DNA from: Candidatus Levyibacteriota bacterium
GTDB lineage: Bacteria > Patescibacteriota > Microgenomatia > Levybacterales > UBA12049
Length of the DNA stretch: 30,197 nucleotides
NCBI GenBank assembly: GCA_016182225.1
Contig: JACOXV010000018.1
Location: 1-30,197, forward strand
Direction: 5' to 3'
The notes beneath the pieces are model-generated. The model saw nothing but the letters and a program-made list of their open reading frames with translations, did no database searches and was not told where the DNA came from. Positions 1-9,073 of this stretch are shown in pieces. A program made the position numbers and the translations under genes. Position 1 is the first letter of the stretch; every line of letters starts with the position of its first letter.

Positions 1-82
1 AGCGACAAAAGGTAGAATAGTAGTAGTTACACAATAGTTCCGTATTTCACAGCTAATCTTTCTTCGTATATTTTCAAAATAC

Positions 83-91
83 TTATCCACA
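83..91 (+). promoter_or_regulatory. Perfect DnaA box (TTATCCACA)
   Basis: Exact consensus match; three 1-mismatch variants of TTWTNCACA at 43-51, 126-134 and 148-156. A single perfect box can occur by chance. Confidence 0.35.
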
Positions 92-251
92 TTATCCTAT
101 TGGTAGGATTAAGCGAATCTGCGGGTGTGAAAAGTGTCGCAAAATGTTGTGAAAACAGTGCCTCGAGGCTAAAAATTACCGAATTATGTCCTATAATAAA
201 ATTACGTTACAATATATCAAACCACATCACCTTCAATATTATCAAACTATA

Positions 252-899
252 TCATCCGAGGCAAAACCTCTCCTCTACCCTAACCCCTGACACTAAATTT
301 TCTTGCCTCACTTTAAGATAAAAATGTCTACATTTTGCTTCAAAATCTCTCGCGTTTAGTTCTGAGGGAGAATTATTCCATTGACTATATGCTGCTTCCC
401 CTTCTAAACCTAGCAACTGGCAGTCTCTCTTTACAGAATCTGGATCATCCATGAGTTGCCTTAAATGTCTAGATTCATGTGCCATAAGAGCTCGAGGAGG
501 AATATAGTTAGAGGGCAACCTGGCTTCCTCTCCCCTATATGCTGTTATTATATCATCCATATAATCAGGTGCTATTCTTATTAGACCATATCCGTCCTTG
601 CGCAAGCTTGCAGTTGCCAATATTGTTGCTTCTCCGCGCCGGTTTGGGTCTTCCTGCTCCCAAGGATAAAGAAGTTCAACATAGGGAATTTTCACCTCAA
701 GCATTTTGCTTGCATCAAGTAATCCTTCTGTTAATTCAATTATTAGAGCATCTACGGCTATATCTTCTGTTCCATTTCTCCTTCTAACTCGATCAAGCTG
801 TAAACCAATATCTATAGTCATCGACATCTCGTGGAATCTTTCCCTACTCCACCCCATCATCCTAGTAGAAAAATCTCTAATTTCTGTTTCGCTAATCAT
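252..899 (-). CDS. Hypothetical zincin-like metallopeptidase-domain protein
   Basis: 215-aa ORF with HEXXH (HESRH) and a downstream E..A (SELNA); sigma70-like promoter directly upstream. Confidence 0.65.
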   Translation of the reverse strand: MISETEIRDFSTRMMGWSRERFHEMSMTIDIGLQLDRVRRRNGTEDIAVDALIIELTEGLLDASKMLEVKIPYVELLYPWEQEDPNRRGEATILATASLRKDGYGLIRIAPDYMDDIITAYRGEEARLPSNYIPPRALMAHESRHLRQLMDDPDSVKRDCQLLGLEGEAAYSQWNNSPSELNARDFEAKCRHFYLKVRQENLVSGVRVEERFCLG

Positions 900-908
900 A
901 AAAGTGAG

Positions 909-937
909 ATTTTATAACACACTATTGAAAATTACAA
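909..937 (-). promoter_or_regulatory. Sigma70-like promoter TTGTAA-17-TAAAAT
   Basis: -35 at 937-932, -10 at 914-909, 9 nt before ATG 899. Confidence 0.55.
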
Positions 938-947
938 TTGGTAATCT

Positions 948-1811
948 TTATGTCCAGGAAGTAAATGCAACTAAAACAGTGAAAACAACTACTGCAACCC
1001 AAATGTATTCCCATAAAACTCCCTTAAACAACCTTTTCTCAAACCATACGTGAGAAAGCCCAACGATTATATAGAAAAACCCTGCTAAAAATAAGGCTAT
1101 CATTGTTGGATTTGATGGCCAAAACCAAAGAAGGAGCGTAATCTCTGAGAGACAAAGCGTAAGCAATAATCCCCAAACAAAATCTTCTTTTATTCCCCTA
1201 TCCAGAGTATACGTCCATATCGACTGAAGTATAAGAGGTAAAGAAAATATCGCTAAAAAGAGAATTGTGAGTATTACATTTAAATGGAGGGTAAAAATTA
1301 CATTGGTTAAAAAAAAGAAGGATATTAGAGTTATCACAAAAGATACTGTTCGCGCGCTCGAAAGCAGAGCTATAGTTCTTATTGAAGACACAACGAAGAT
1401 ATTTTGGCTTAAAAATAGCGAGTAAATTCCAACCGCATAAAGTGAGGTCATGAAAATTCTTGCGAGAAATCTCGCAGGTACCAAAAGATAAAAAAGACCG
1501 AATGAAATTGTAAATAAAAATGGGAGTATAAATATTTGAAGAGAAAAATTATCTCTTAAATCGTTTCTTAACGCCCATAACAGAAAAAGATCTGCGAGTA
1601 CTGACAAGAATAAGACGATGTAAATTGCCTGCTTACCCAATAACAACTCTGATATAAAAAGTAAGATTGATAAAGACATTACTCCGACTGCAAACTTTTG
1701 TCTTTTTGTTATATTTATCTTTTTTTTCTTTTTTCCAAAAATACTGCTAATATTCTCAATCAATGTATAAGAGAAACTATTCAATATTTGAGTAAACTTT
1801 TTGAACATCAT
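948..1811 (-). CDS. Polytopic membrane protein of unknown function (tentatively DUF5656-like)
   Basis: 287 aa, about 8-9 hydrophobic segments; start uncertain because it overlaps the yebC end by 35 bp. Confidence 0.75.
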   Translation of the reverse strand: MMFKKFTQILNSFSYTLIENISSIFGKKKKKINITKRQKFAVGVMSLSILLFISELLLGKQAIYIVLFLSVLADLFLLWALRNDLRDNFSLQIFILPFLFTISFGLFYLLVPARFLARIFMTSLYAVGIYSLFLSQNIFVVSSIRTIALLSSARTVSFVITLISFFFLTNVIFTLHLNVILTILFLAIFSLPLILQSIWTYTLDRGIKEDFVWGLLLTLCLSEITLLLWFWPSNPTMIALFLAGFFYIIVGLSHVWFEKRLFKGVLWEYIWVAVVVFTVLVAFTSWT

Positions 1812-2496
1812 CCATTTCCTCCAATGCGGAAAGAAAATTTACAATTTTTTCTTCTTGGTCAACTGATAGAACAACTTTTGAAATAGGCTTTCTACTTATT
1901 TCCGAAGAAACTATCAAAAACCCTTGACTCTCTAAGCCTTTTTTAATACCATCTAGCAACGAGGTTTCTGTGTATATGACTGCTTCGTCCCCTGCATCTT
2001 CCACATCAGATGCTCCCAAATCAGCTGCCGATAGAAAAATTTCATCAATAGATTTACCATTCTTATGAATAACAATTTCTCCGGTCTGCTTAAATTGATA
2101 ACTTACAGCCCCAGGCTGGGCAAAATTAGCGCCGCTTTTATTGAAAAGGCTTTTAACTTCTGACGTTGTTCTATTAGTATTATCGGTAACTGCCTCTACT
2201 ATCACACTAACTCCTCCGGGAGCGAATCCTTCGTATATTACCTCCTGGAGCTCTCCTTCTCCTTTGTTGCTGGCACGTTGTATTGCCCTTTCTATATTGT
2301 CTTTAGGCATATTTGCTGATCTTGCCATTTCAACAGCGAGACGAAGTCTTGGGTTTTGATCCGGATCCCCCACTCCTCCACCCTGCTTAACGGCGATCGT
2401 TATCGCATTTGAAATTTTGGTGAATGTTGCGCCTCTTTTTATATCTGCAGCACCTTTTTGTCTCTTAATTGTTGACCATTTTGAATGTCCACTCAT
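1777..2496 (-). CDS. yebC: YebC/PmpR family protein
   Basis: N-terminus MSGHSKWSTIKRQK, NPRLR, YEGFAPGG, DDVQKVYSN. Confidence 0.97.
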   Translation of the reverse strand: MSGHSKWSTIKRQKGAADIKRGATFTKISNAITIAVKQGGGVGDPDQNPRLRLAVEMARSANMPKDNIERAIQRASNKGEGELQEVIYEGFAPGGVSVIVEAVTDNTNRTTSEVKSLFNKSGANFAQPGAVSYQFKQTGEIVIHKNGKSIDEIFLSAADLGASDVEDAGDEAVIYTETSLLDGIKKGLESQGFLIVSSEISRKPISKVVLSVDQEEKIVNFLSALEEMDDVQKVYSNIE

Positions 2497-2504
2497 AGCT
2501 TTAT

Positions 2505-2550
2505 ATTCTACACAATCTAGCTTGACTTTTGCAATAAAGCGTAGTAAAAT
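2505..2550. promoter_or_regulatory. Overlapping divergent sigma70 promoters (yebC / TPR gene)
   Basis: Plus: TTGACT 2522-2527, 17 nt, TAAAAT 2545-2550. Minus: TTGCAA 2534-2529, 18 nt, TAGAAT 2510-2505, 8 nt before the yebC ATG. Confidence 0.7.
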
Positions 2551-2579
2551 TTTTTCTCAGATTTCACTTAAATTCCTCG

Positions 2580-3281
2580 ATGTCACTTTTAAAAAACCAA
2601 GCAATTCAAACCGCCCTCACCGGAGACTGGAATACCGCAATAGAATTAAATCAATCTCTACTGAAAGAAGACCCAAACGACACTGAAGCGCTTAATAGAA
2701 TGGCTCTTGCATATACGGTTCTTGGTAAAATAAATGACGCAAAAAAAACATATCAAAGGGTCTTAGAGATAGATCCGCTCAATCCGATTGCGCTTCGAAA
2801 CATTAAAAGACTCAAAGATGATGGCTCCGCAAAAGATGGACCCCAGGAAGTTCTAGTTAAAAATATCTTTATTGAAGAAACTGGAAAAACTAAAGTTATT
2901 GACCTTATTAACATAGCTCAAGCTGAAATTATCTCAAAATTAAGAACAGGACAATCTATAGACCTCTCAATTAAAAGACTTAAAATATTTGTTCTTGGAA
3001 ACAGTAGCCAGTATATAGGAGTGTTGCCCGATGACATTGCAAGAAGACTTATAAAATTCATGAAAGGGGGGAATAAGTACGAAGCTTACGTTAAATCCGC
3101 AGATCCAAACAAGGTAACGATTTTTATTAGAGAGCTCAAGCGATCGGCAAGATTTAAAGACCAGCCTTCTTTTCTATTTCTTTCTGAAAAAGGACTTTCG
3201 TTTAAGAAAAGCGGCAAAAGAAAAGTCATAATAACAGAAGAGCCTCAAGACGAAGAAGAACCGGAAGAAAGTTCTGAGTGA
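2580..3281 (+). CDS. TPR-repeat protein with C-terminal HIRAN-like domain
   Basis: N-terminal TPR pattern (ALNRMALAY..LG....A...Y..VL..DP.N); C-terminal IGVLP..IA.RL...M.GG..Y.A.V resembles HIRAN; acidic tail. Confidence 0.8.
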   Translation: MSLLKNQAIQTALTGDWNTAIELNQSLLKEDPNDTEALNRMALAYTVLGKINDAKKTYQRVLEIDPLNPIALRNIKRLKDDGSAKDGPQEVLVKNIFIEETGKTKVIDLINIAQAEIISKLRTGQSIDLSIKRLKIFVLGNSSQYIGVLPDDIARRLIKFMKGGNKYEAYVKSADPNKVTIFIRELKRSARFKDQPSFLFLSEKGLSFKKSGKRKVIITEEPQDEEEPEESSE

Positions 3282-3421
3282 CCACTTTTAAATATTATCT
3301 TTCCTTTTAAAAGTTCTTTTTTTGTTTTCTCTATTTCCCTTTTATCCCCTAATTTTTTTAACGAAAAAAACGCCATTAACACAGAAATTATAATTAGTAG
3401 AATAATAATCCAAAAAAACAT
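3245..3421 (-). CDS. Small single-TM membrane protein
   Basis: Likely ATG 3421, 1 nt after the upstream stop (ORF track starts at 3442); N-terminal TM then basic tail; overlaps the TPR gene end convergently by 37 bp. Confidence 0.6.
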   Translation of the reverse strand: MFFWIIILLIIISVLMAFFSLKKLGDKREIEKTKKELLKGKIIFKSGHSELSSGSSSS

Positions 3422-3422
3422 A

Positions 3423-4208
3423 TTAAAATTTTCCAGAATCAATCAAATCTTCTCCAATAGTTATTACGATATCAGATATACCCTTTTCTAGATTCTTCCT
3501 TTTTTCTATATCAAAATACTTTGATATTTTTTTTACTGTATAACCATCTTCTCCAAAATATGAAACAGATGAGTGTTTTTCGTTTTTTTCTGAATTTTTA
3601 AGTAAAACCACATTGCCTCCCATATTGGTAATAAGTCTTCCCATTCTGGTTGCTATCCCCTGCTCTCCAGTAGAATTAACGATTTCTATGCTTACCTTTT
3701 CTTCTTCAATTCGTGGATCTCTGAAAAAATTTTTAATAGTTGAGTCTATTGTTTTTCCATCCCAATCTATATTTATTGTTGTTTTTTTAAGATTTGAAGG
3801 GGCCAACATACTAAGTCTTACTAAATCAATAATCGTTAAATCCGTATCTGTCCTACCGTAGGAAAATAGAACTTTAAGAATAATGTCCTTTGGATTATTG
3901 CCAAGATAATCTTCGCTTTTTATATATGAACTAATCGGAACTGCAAGTTCTTCAGAAAGATTATCTTTATTAATCTCATTGGGCAGTATTCTTACAAATG
4001 CTGCTGTAGAATCATAAGGAGAAATATGTATCACGGATACTCCGTCTTTCTGATCTACGGAAAAGGCATAGGCATTTTTACCATCAAAATTTGACCGTCT
4101 TATTACATCTATTCCCTTAAAAATTAAGGAAATTAATATTAAAAAAATAAGGGCAGAAAGAAAAAGTATTCCCGCCCTAAGAGAACTTTTCTTTTTCTTA
4201 GAACGCAT
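3423..4208 (-). CDS. Membrane-anchored LytR C-terminal domain (LCP-related) protein
   Basis: Basic N-terminus, one TM, C-terminal VSIEIVNSTGEQGIATRMGRLI..MG.....DIVITIGED typical of LytR_C. Confidence 0.8.
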   Translation of the reverse strand: MRSKKKKSSLRAGILFLSALIFLILISLIFKGIDVIRRSNFDGKNAYAFSVDQKDGVSVIHISPYDSTAAFVRILPNEINKDNLSEELAVPISSYIKSEDYLGNNPKDIILKVLFSYGRTDTDLTIIDLVRLSMLAPSNLKKTTINIDWDGKTIDSTIKNFFRDPRIEEEKVSIEIVNSTGEQGIATRMGRLITNMGGNVVLLKNSEKNEKHSSVSYFGEDGYTVKKISKYFDIEKRKNLEKGISDIVITIGEDLIDSGKF

Positions 4209-4215
4209 ATTTTTA

Positions 4216-4353
4216 TTAATAATCCTTTTTCTTTTTAGTTATGATTTCTGGCATGACAAGGACAGAAGGATTGCTTGAAGGGTCAATGCCCTTTCCTGAA
4301 TCTTTTTTAGGTTTCTTCTTTTCTCCTTTATAAAATCCGCCGTATCCCGGCAT
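4216..4353 (-). CDS. 45-aa basic microprotein (not in ORF track)
   Basis: MPGYGGFYKGEKKKPKKDSGKGIDPSSNPSVLVMPEIITKKKKDY; SD AGGAGGTGA 7 nt upstream; fills the gap between neighbours. Confidence 0.7.
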   Translation of the reverse strand: MPGYGGFYKGEKKKPKKDSGKGIDPSSNPSVLVMPEIITKKKKDY

Positions 4354-4360
4354 ACTAAAA

Positions 4361-4369
4361 TCACCTCCT
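4361..4369 (-). promoter_or_regulatory. Extended Shine-Dalgarno AGGAGGTGA
   Basis: Near-full complement of the canonical anti-SD at optimal spacing. Confidence 0.75.
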
Positions 4370-4382
4370 ACTTAATATAATA

Positions 4383-5090
4383 CTAAATTTCATGAATAAT
4401 CTCTTCTAATTCCACAGGCAGCCGGCTTTCGAAAGTTATTCTTTTTTTTGAAACCGGATGAACAAACGATATCTTCTCCGCATGCAAAAAAAGCCTATTA
4501 ACTTTATCACGATCAGATCTGGAAACTTTTCTTCCGCCATACAATATATCCCCAAATATAGGATGGCCGATATATTTCATATGTACTCTTATTTGATGCG
4601 TCCTGCCTGTTTTAGGAAAAACCCTAAGAAAGGAAAACTTTTCCCCCCATAACGATAAATTTTTGATAGTTTCGTAATTGCTTTGAGCTTCTCTTCCCCC
4701 CGCTAATACCCCGAACCTTTTTCGATTCCAAGGAAGTCTTCCAACCGGGGCATTGATTACCCCATCCTTAGGTTTTACTTCTCCATGAACCAAGCAAACA
4801 TAAGACTTTTCAACCGCTCTTTCTTTAAATTGACGCTGAATTCCATAAAATGCCTCTTTATTCTTTGCTACCAAAATAACGCCTGACGTGTCCTTGTCGA
4901 GTCTATGCACTATTCCTCCCCTATTTACGAATTCCTCATCATCATTCTTAGAAAAAGAAGTTTTTTCTGAAACAAAATCCTGCAGAGTGGTTTCATCAGA
5001 AGCTGTATCCGATCTATTTACAGTTAGACCTGGGGGTTTATCCAGTACAAGAATGTCGTCATCTTCAAAAATTATTTTAGGCTCTGTCAT
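4383..5090 (-). CDS. RluA/RluD family pseudouridine synthase
   Basis: HRLDKDTSG (catalytic Asp), GRTHQIRVH, LHAEK; no N-terminal S4 domain. Confidence 0.95.
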   Translation of the reverse strand: MTEPKIIFEDDDILVLDKPPGLTVNRSDTASDETTLQDFVSEKTSFSKNDDEEFVNRGGIVHRLDKDTSGVILVAKNKEAFYGIQRQFKERAVEKSYVCLVHGEVKPKDGVINAPVGRLPWNRKRFGVLAGGREAQSNYETIKNLSLWGEKFSFLRVFPKTGRTHQIRVHMKYIGHPIFGDILYGGRKVSRSDRDKVNRLFLHAEKISFVHPVSKKRITFESRLPVELEEIIHEI

Positions 5091-5770
5091 TTTTTAAGAA
5101 TTCGTGGAAATATTTCCTGACGTAAAAGAAAAAGAAGAGAAACAACAAAAGAACACAAAAGTATCAAGCTCTCGGGAAGTATTAAAAATGAAAGCTTAGA
5201 CATCGCAACTCCCCTACCAAGCAGTAAAATAAAAGAAAAAACGATTAAAAAACTTAATCCCAGCGTTCCTTCTTTTATTTTTAGATTCTTCCCGCTCTGG
5301 ATCAAAAATAAAACTACGATAGAAAATATTCCAAAAAGCGCTACTTCCAAAATTTCTTGCTTATTGAAAGATTGCGTAAGAATAAAATAACCTAGATATC
5401 CAAAGGGGATTGCACAAAGTGTCGAAACAGAAAAAAAATCTAAAATTCTCCCTACAGGCATTTTTTTTCTATAGGTGTAAATAGCAAGAAAAATAAACCC
5501 TCCTAAAATACCACCTGCTAGAGATAAACCGGGAAAATATGGAAAAAGTATAAAAGCCAATGGGTTGATAAAAAGAGATGATGGATTTAACAAAACAAAA
5601 ATAAACCTTGCAGAAAATAGAGCAACTATACCACTTATAAGAGCGAGATTAAAAATCTTCTCAAGCGATATCTCTTTTTTAAGAAAAATGAAATCATCTC
5701 TCGAAAGAAGAAAAAGAGAAAAAAGAAAAACAAAAAAACAAAAGAATAAAGATAATACTATAAATTCCAT
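5087..5770 (-). CDS. Degenerate prolipoprotein diacylglyceryl transferase (Lgt)-like membrane protein
   Basis: ARFIFV, GLSLAGGILGG and GRILDF resemble Lgt, but catalytic His/Arg and the HPSQLYE motif are absent; ATGA overlap with the RluA gene. Confidence 0.6.
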   Translation of the reverse strand: MEFIVLSLFFCFFVFLFSLFLLSRDDFIFLKKEISLEKIFNLALISGIVALFSARFIFVLLNPSSLFINPLAFILFPYFPGLSLAGGILGGFIFLAIYTYRKKMPVGRILDFFSVSTLCAIPFGYLGYFILTQSFNKQEILEVALFGIFSIVVLFLIQSGKNLKIKEGTLGLSFLIVFSFILLLGRGVAMSKLSFLILPESLILLCSFVVSLLFLLRQEIFPRILKK

Positions 5771-6996
5771 AAATTTGGTACAAATCTAGATGCAACAATT
5801 GCGATCAGTAAAACTCCAATAGCAGTAAGCACAACTGTTATCCCAAATAGATCAGAAAGTGTTCCAACTGCCAAAACCGGAATAATAGAAATTGCCCCAA
5901 CAAAGGTATTCATTGCTCCATAGATTTTACCTCTTTGCTCGTCAGTTGTCTCTTCCTGAATTACTGTATTTGAAGGTACAAAAACCAATGATAAAGAAAA
6001 ACCCAACATAAACGCAAGGCATACCAAAACTCCAAGCATACTAAAAGATAATAGATTAGGTATTTGTATCGAAGCTAGGAGTGGCCCATGCGGGAAAATA
6101 ACAAATATTAATCCAATTATAAAAAGTCCGAGTCTTCTTATTGCGCTTTTAGAAAATTTGTGAGGAAAATTGCCTAAAAGAATTGCTCCCACCGCCATTC
6201 CAATAACCGCAGGCGTAACGAAAATTATAGGAAATTCCTCTACTCTAATTTTGAGAACATTTTGAGCATATCCCGGCCCAATTACAGCAACTATCAGTAT
6301 GAGCGTTTGGACTAGAGTTAAAACTATAATAGACCTGTAGACATTTCGCGAGGTTAAAATAATTTTAAGTGCTTCATAAAGCTCAGTTCTGAAGCTTCTT
6401 CTCTCCCTTTCATGCCTATCTTTAAATTTTATTTTTATGAGAAAAGCAAAAAATGCAGAAAATATAAAAAACAAAACTAAAAGCAACAATACCCTTTCTA
6501 TGCCCAGAAATAAAAGCAACGGCCCGGACAGTGCGTATGCTATGATCATAGATCCAAAAATTCCTACACCAAAAAGAGCATTAGCCGAAAGAAGAAGTTC
6601 TCTTTTGACAAGTAAAGGAATTATGGGAGTCTCTGCTGGAATAAAAAATTGAGTTATTAATGAAACTACGAATGAAAGTGAATAAATAATCAAAAGATTG
6701 TCGCTTAAAAAAACAATCGGAATTACAGCGATAGCTCTTAAAACATTAGTCCATACCAAGACACTTCTCTTATTCCACCTATCCACATAAACTCCTGCAA
6801 TTATTCCTAAAAAGAGCGATGGCAGAGTAAAAGAAAGCACAACACCAGAAACTGCTGTATTTGATTTGCTTAGTGAAAATACAACGAGAAGTAAAATAAA
6901 ATTTAGGAGATTCATTGAAACTTGAGAAAAAAACTCGGAAACAAGAAGATAAAAAAACGGTTTTATAGAAAGTACCTGAAGGATGGGATTCCTCAT
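5758..6996 (-). CDS. MFS transporter (H+ antiporter-like)
   Basis: About 12 TMs, MFS motif GVYVDRWNKR, QRGKIYG; likely ATG 6996 just after the efp stop (ORF track 7020). Confidence 0.92.
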   Translation of the reverse strand: MRNPILQVLSIKPFFYLLVSEFFSQVSMNLLNFILLLVVFSLSKSNTAVSGVVLSFTLPSLFLGIIAGVYVDRWNKRSVLVWTNVLRAIAVIPIVFLSDNLLIIYSLSFVVSLITQFFIPAETPIIPLLVKRELLLSANALFGVGIFGSMIIAYALSGPLLLFLGIERVLLLLVLFFIFSAFFAFLIKIKFKDRHERERRSFRTELYEALKIILTSRNVYRSIIVLTLVQTLILIVAVIGPGYAQNVLKIRVEEFPIIFVTPAVIGMAVGAILLGNFPHKFSKSAIRRLGLFIIGLIFVIFPHGPLLASIQIPNLLSFSMLGVLVCLAFMLGFSLSLVFVPSNTVIQEETTDEQRGKIYGAMNTFVGAISIIPVLAVGTLSDLFGITVVLTAIGVLLIAIVASRFVPNLWNL

Positions 6997-6997
6997 T

Positions 6998-7555
6998 TTA
7001 TGCTTTGGCGGTGTATTCACCGGTTCTAGTATCTATTTTAACCATTTCCCCCTCTTTAATAAATAGAGGGACTTTGGTCTTCATCCCATTTTCTAAGACC
7101 GCGTCTTTAAAGATATTCGTCGCTGAGTTTCCCTTCACTCCCGCATCAGTTTCAATTACCTTAAGATCCATTTTGGGTGGCAAATTTAAAGAGAAGGCCG
7201 TCTCGCCTAAAAAACTTACATTAAAACTATATCCTTCTTTAAGATATGAATGATTACTGCCAATTATCTTTAAAGAAACTGCTATTTGCTCAAAAGACGA
7301 TGGATCCATAAAATAGGCAAATTCTTTATCCTTATATAAGAACTGGACGTCTCTTTTAAACACATTTACTTCATTAACTCTTGCTCCATTTATAAAACTT
7401 TTTTCAGTGGTTGAGCCATTTTTGAGATTTTTGACTTTTACCTTTATATTCGCACTTCCCCTCCCCATCTTAATATGTTCATAAGAAAGTACCTGAAATA
7501 AATTTCCACTTTCTTCAAAAATTGTTCCGCTTCTAAGCTCTGTTACTCCTATCAT
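6998..7555 (-). CDS. efp: Elongation factor P
   Basis: 185 aa, KMGRG loop, VKGNSAT, KVPLFIKEGE..KIDTRTGEY. Confidence 0.97.
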   Translation of the reverse strand: MIGVTELRSGTIFEESGNLFQVLSYEHIKMGRGSANIKVKVKNLKNGSTTEKSFINGARVNEVNVFKRDVQFLYKDKEFAYFMDPSSFEQIAVSLKIIGSNHSYLKEGYSFNVSFLGETAFSLNLPPKMDLKVIETDAGVKGNSATNIFKDAVLENGMKTKVPLFIKEGEMVKIDTRTGEYTAKA

Positions 7556-9066
7556 TTGATTAGATTTAGGACAGTTCTTACTCCGTGTCCCGTTGCTCCT
7601 TTCGGACCTATATCAGATCCTTTCGACGTAAATGCAGGGCCTGCTATATCAAGATGCGCCCAGATTGTATCTCCTATGAATTCTTGCAAAAAAAGTGCTG
7701 CGGTAATTGCACCTCCATAACGACTACTTGGAATATTCGCAATATCAGCAACTGAGCTTTTATTCATTTCTTTATAATCTTCTTCAAGGGGCATTGTCCA
7801 AACTTTTTCGCCGGTCCTTGATGCCGCTTTTTTAATTTTTTCCGAAAACTCCTCGTTATTGCTGAAAAGTCCTGATATTTCTTCTCCCAAAGCTCCCATC
7901 ACTGCTCCGGTTAAGGTAGCAAAATCAATAATTTTTGTGGCTTTCTGTTTTACCGCAAAAGAAAGACTGTCGGCCAAAGTAACACGTCCCTCCGCATCAG
8001 TATTTAGTATTTCAATAGTTTTCCCATTCATTGCACGTACTATATCTCCGGGAACTATTGATTTTCCTGAGATAAGATTTGGAGTAGCTGCAATCAAACC
8101 AATCACGCAATAATCAGGAGCAACACTGGAAATCACTGAAAAAACAGAAAGAACTATTGCTGCTCCCGACATATCCATCTTCATATCGCTCATGTGATCC
8201 CCCGTCTTAACATTTACTCCGCCGCTGTCAAAAGTAATACCTTTTCCTACCAGAGCCAACTTTTCTTTACTCTTGTTTTTTTCTGGCATGTATTCCAAAA
8301 AAATAAATTTGGGCGGAGTATCAGAGCCTCTGGCGACCCCAAGGAATGCATCCATTCCCATTTTTTCCAACTCTCCCATTTCATAAATTCTGCATTTAAT
8401 ATGTTTAGGATCTTTTTTTGCAATGGATTTTGCAAGTTCGGCAAGATACGTTGGGGTTGCTATAAATGATTGTTCGTTCACCAGATCCCGGGCCATAAAA
8501 GTAGCCTGTGAGTAAATCTCTGCAAGTTCTATGCCTTTTTTAATTTCTTTTTTTCTGGATTCGGATTTTTCTGCAAAAATTACAATCTCAAGCTCTTTTT
8601 TATCTTCATCTTTTTTTGATTTATATTTACTAAAGTCATAGTTACCCAAAAGAATTCCCTCGTAAATAGCTTGGGCTGCAATACTAGAGCCAATTGTCAT
8701 CTCTTTTTCACTTGGAATAATTACTGTTAATGAATTGATTTTCCCTTTTACCGTTTTTATAAAATTGCCCAAAGACTTTCTTAAATCATCCGCTTTAAAG
8801 TCACCTCTTTTGCCAAGCCCTATGACAAAGACCCTGGAAGCTAGGATATTTTCGTGAGGCGTTACCTTAAGAATTTCTTTTTTCTTTCCGCTAAATTTTT
8901 CCAGATCTATTTCCTTACTTAGCTTTCCTTTTAGGATTCTGTCCAATTCAGAGAAAGAATCTGTTGGCAAAACTTTTTTACTTTTCCCTTCTCCTGAAAA
9001 AACAAACACTAAAAGTCCGTCTGTAGAAATTCTATCTAAATTTTTATCCGAGAATTCAAAATTCAT
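7552..9066 (-). CDS. pepA: Leucyl aminopeptidase (M17)
   Basis: LVGKGITFDSGG, MKMDMSGAA, NTDAEGR, ATLTGA; ATGA overlap with efp. Confidence 0.97.
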   Translation of the reverse strand: MNFEFSDKNLDRISTDGLLVFVFSGEGKSKKVLPTDSFSELDRILKGKLSKEIDLEKFSGKKKEILKVTPHENILASRVFVIGLGKRGDFKADDLRKSLGNFIKTVKGKINSLTVIIPSEKEMTIGSSIAAQAIYEGILLGNYDFSKYKSKKDEDKKELEIVIFAEKSESRKKEIKKGIELAEIYSQATFMARDLVNEQSFIATPTYLAELAKSIAKKDPKHIKCRIYEMGELEKMGMDAFLGVARGSDTPPKFIFLEYMPEKNKSKEKLALVGKGITFDSGGVNVKTGDHMSDMKMDMSGAAIVLSVFSVISSVAPDYCVIGLIAATPNLISGKSIVPGDIVRAMNGKTIEILNTDAEGRVTLADSLSFAVKQKATKIIDFATLTGAVMGALGEEISGLFSNNEEFSEKIKKAASRTGEKVWTMPLEEDYKEMNKSSVADIANIPSSRYGGAITAALFLQEFIGDTIWAHLDIAGPAFTSKGSDIGPKGATGHGVRTVLNLIK

Positions 9067-9073
9067 TCTGATT

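Noticed and set aside
6967-7497. 14-bp direct repeat AGAAAGTACCTGAA in the MFS gene and efp
   Set aside because: At least one such match is expected by chance in 30 kb; both copies are in coding sequence (QVLS).
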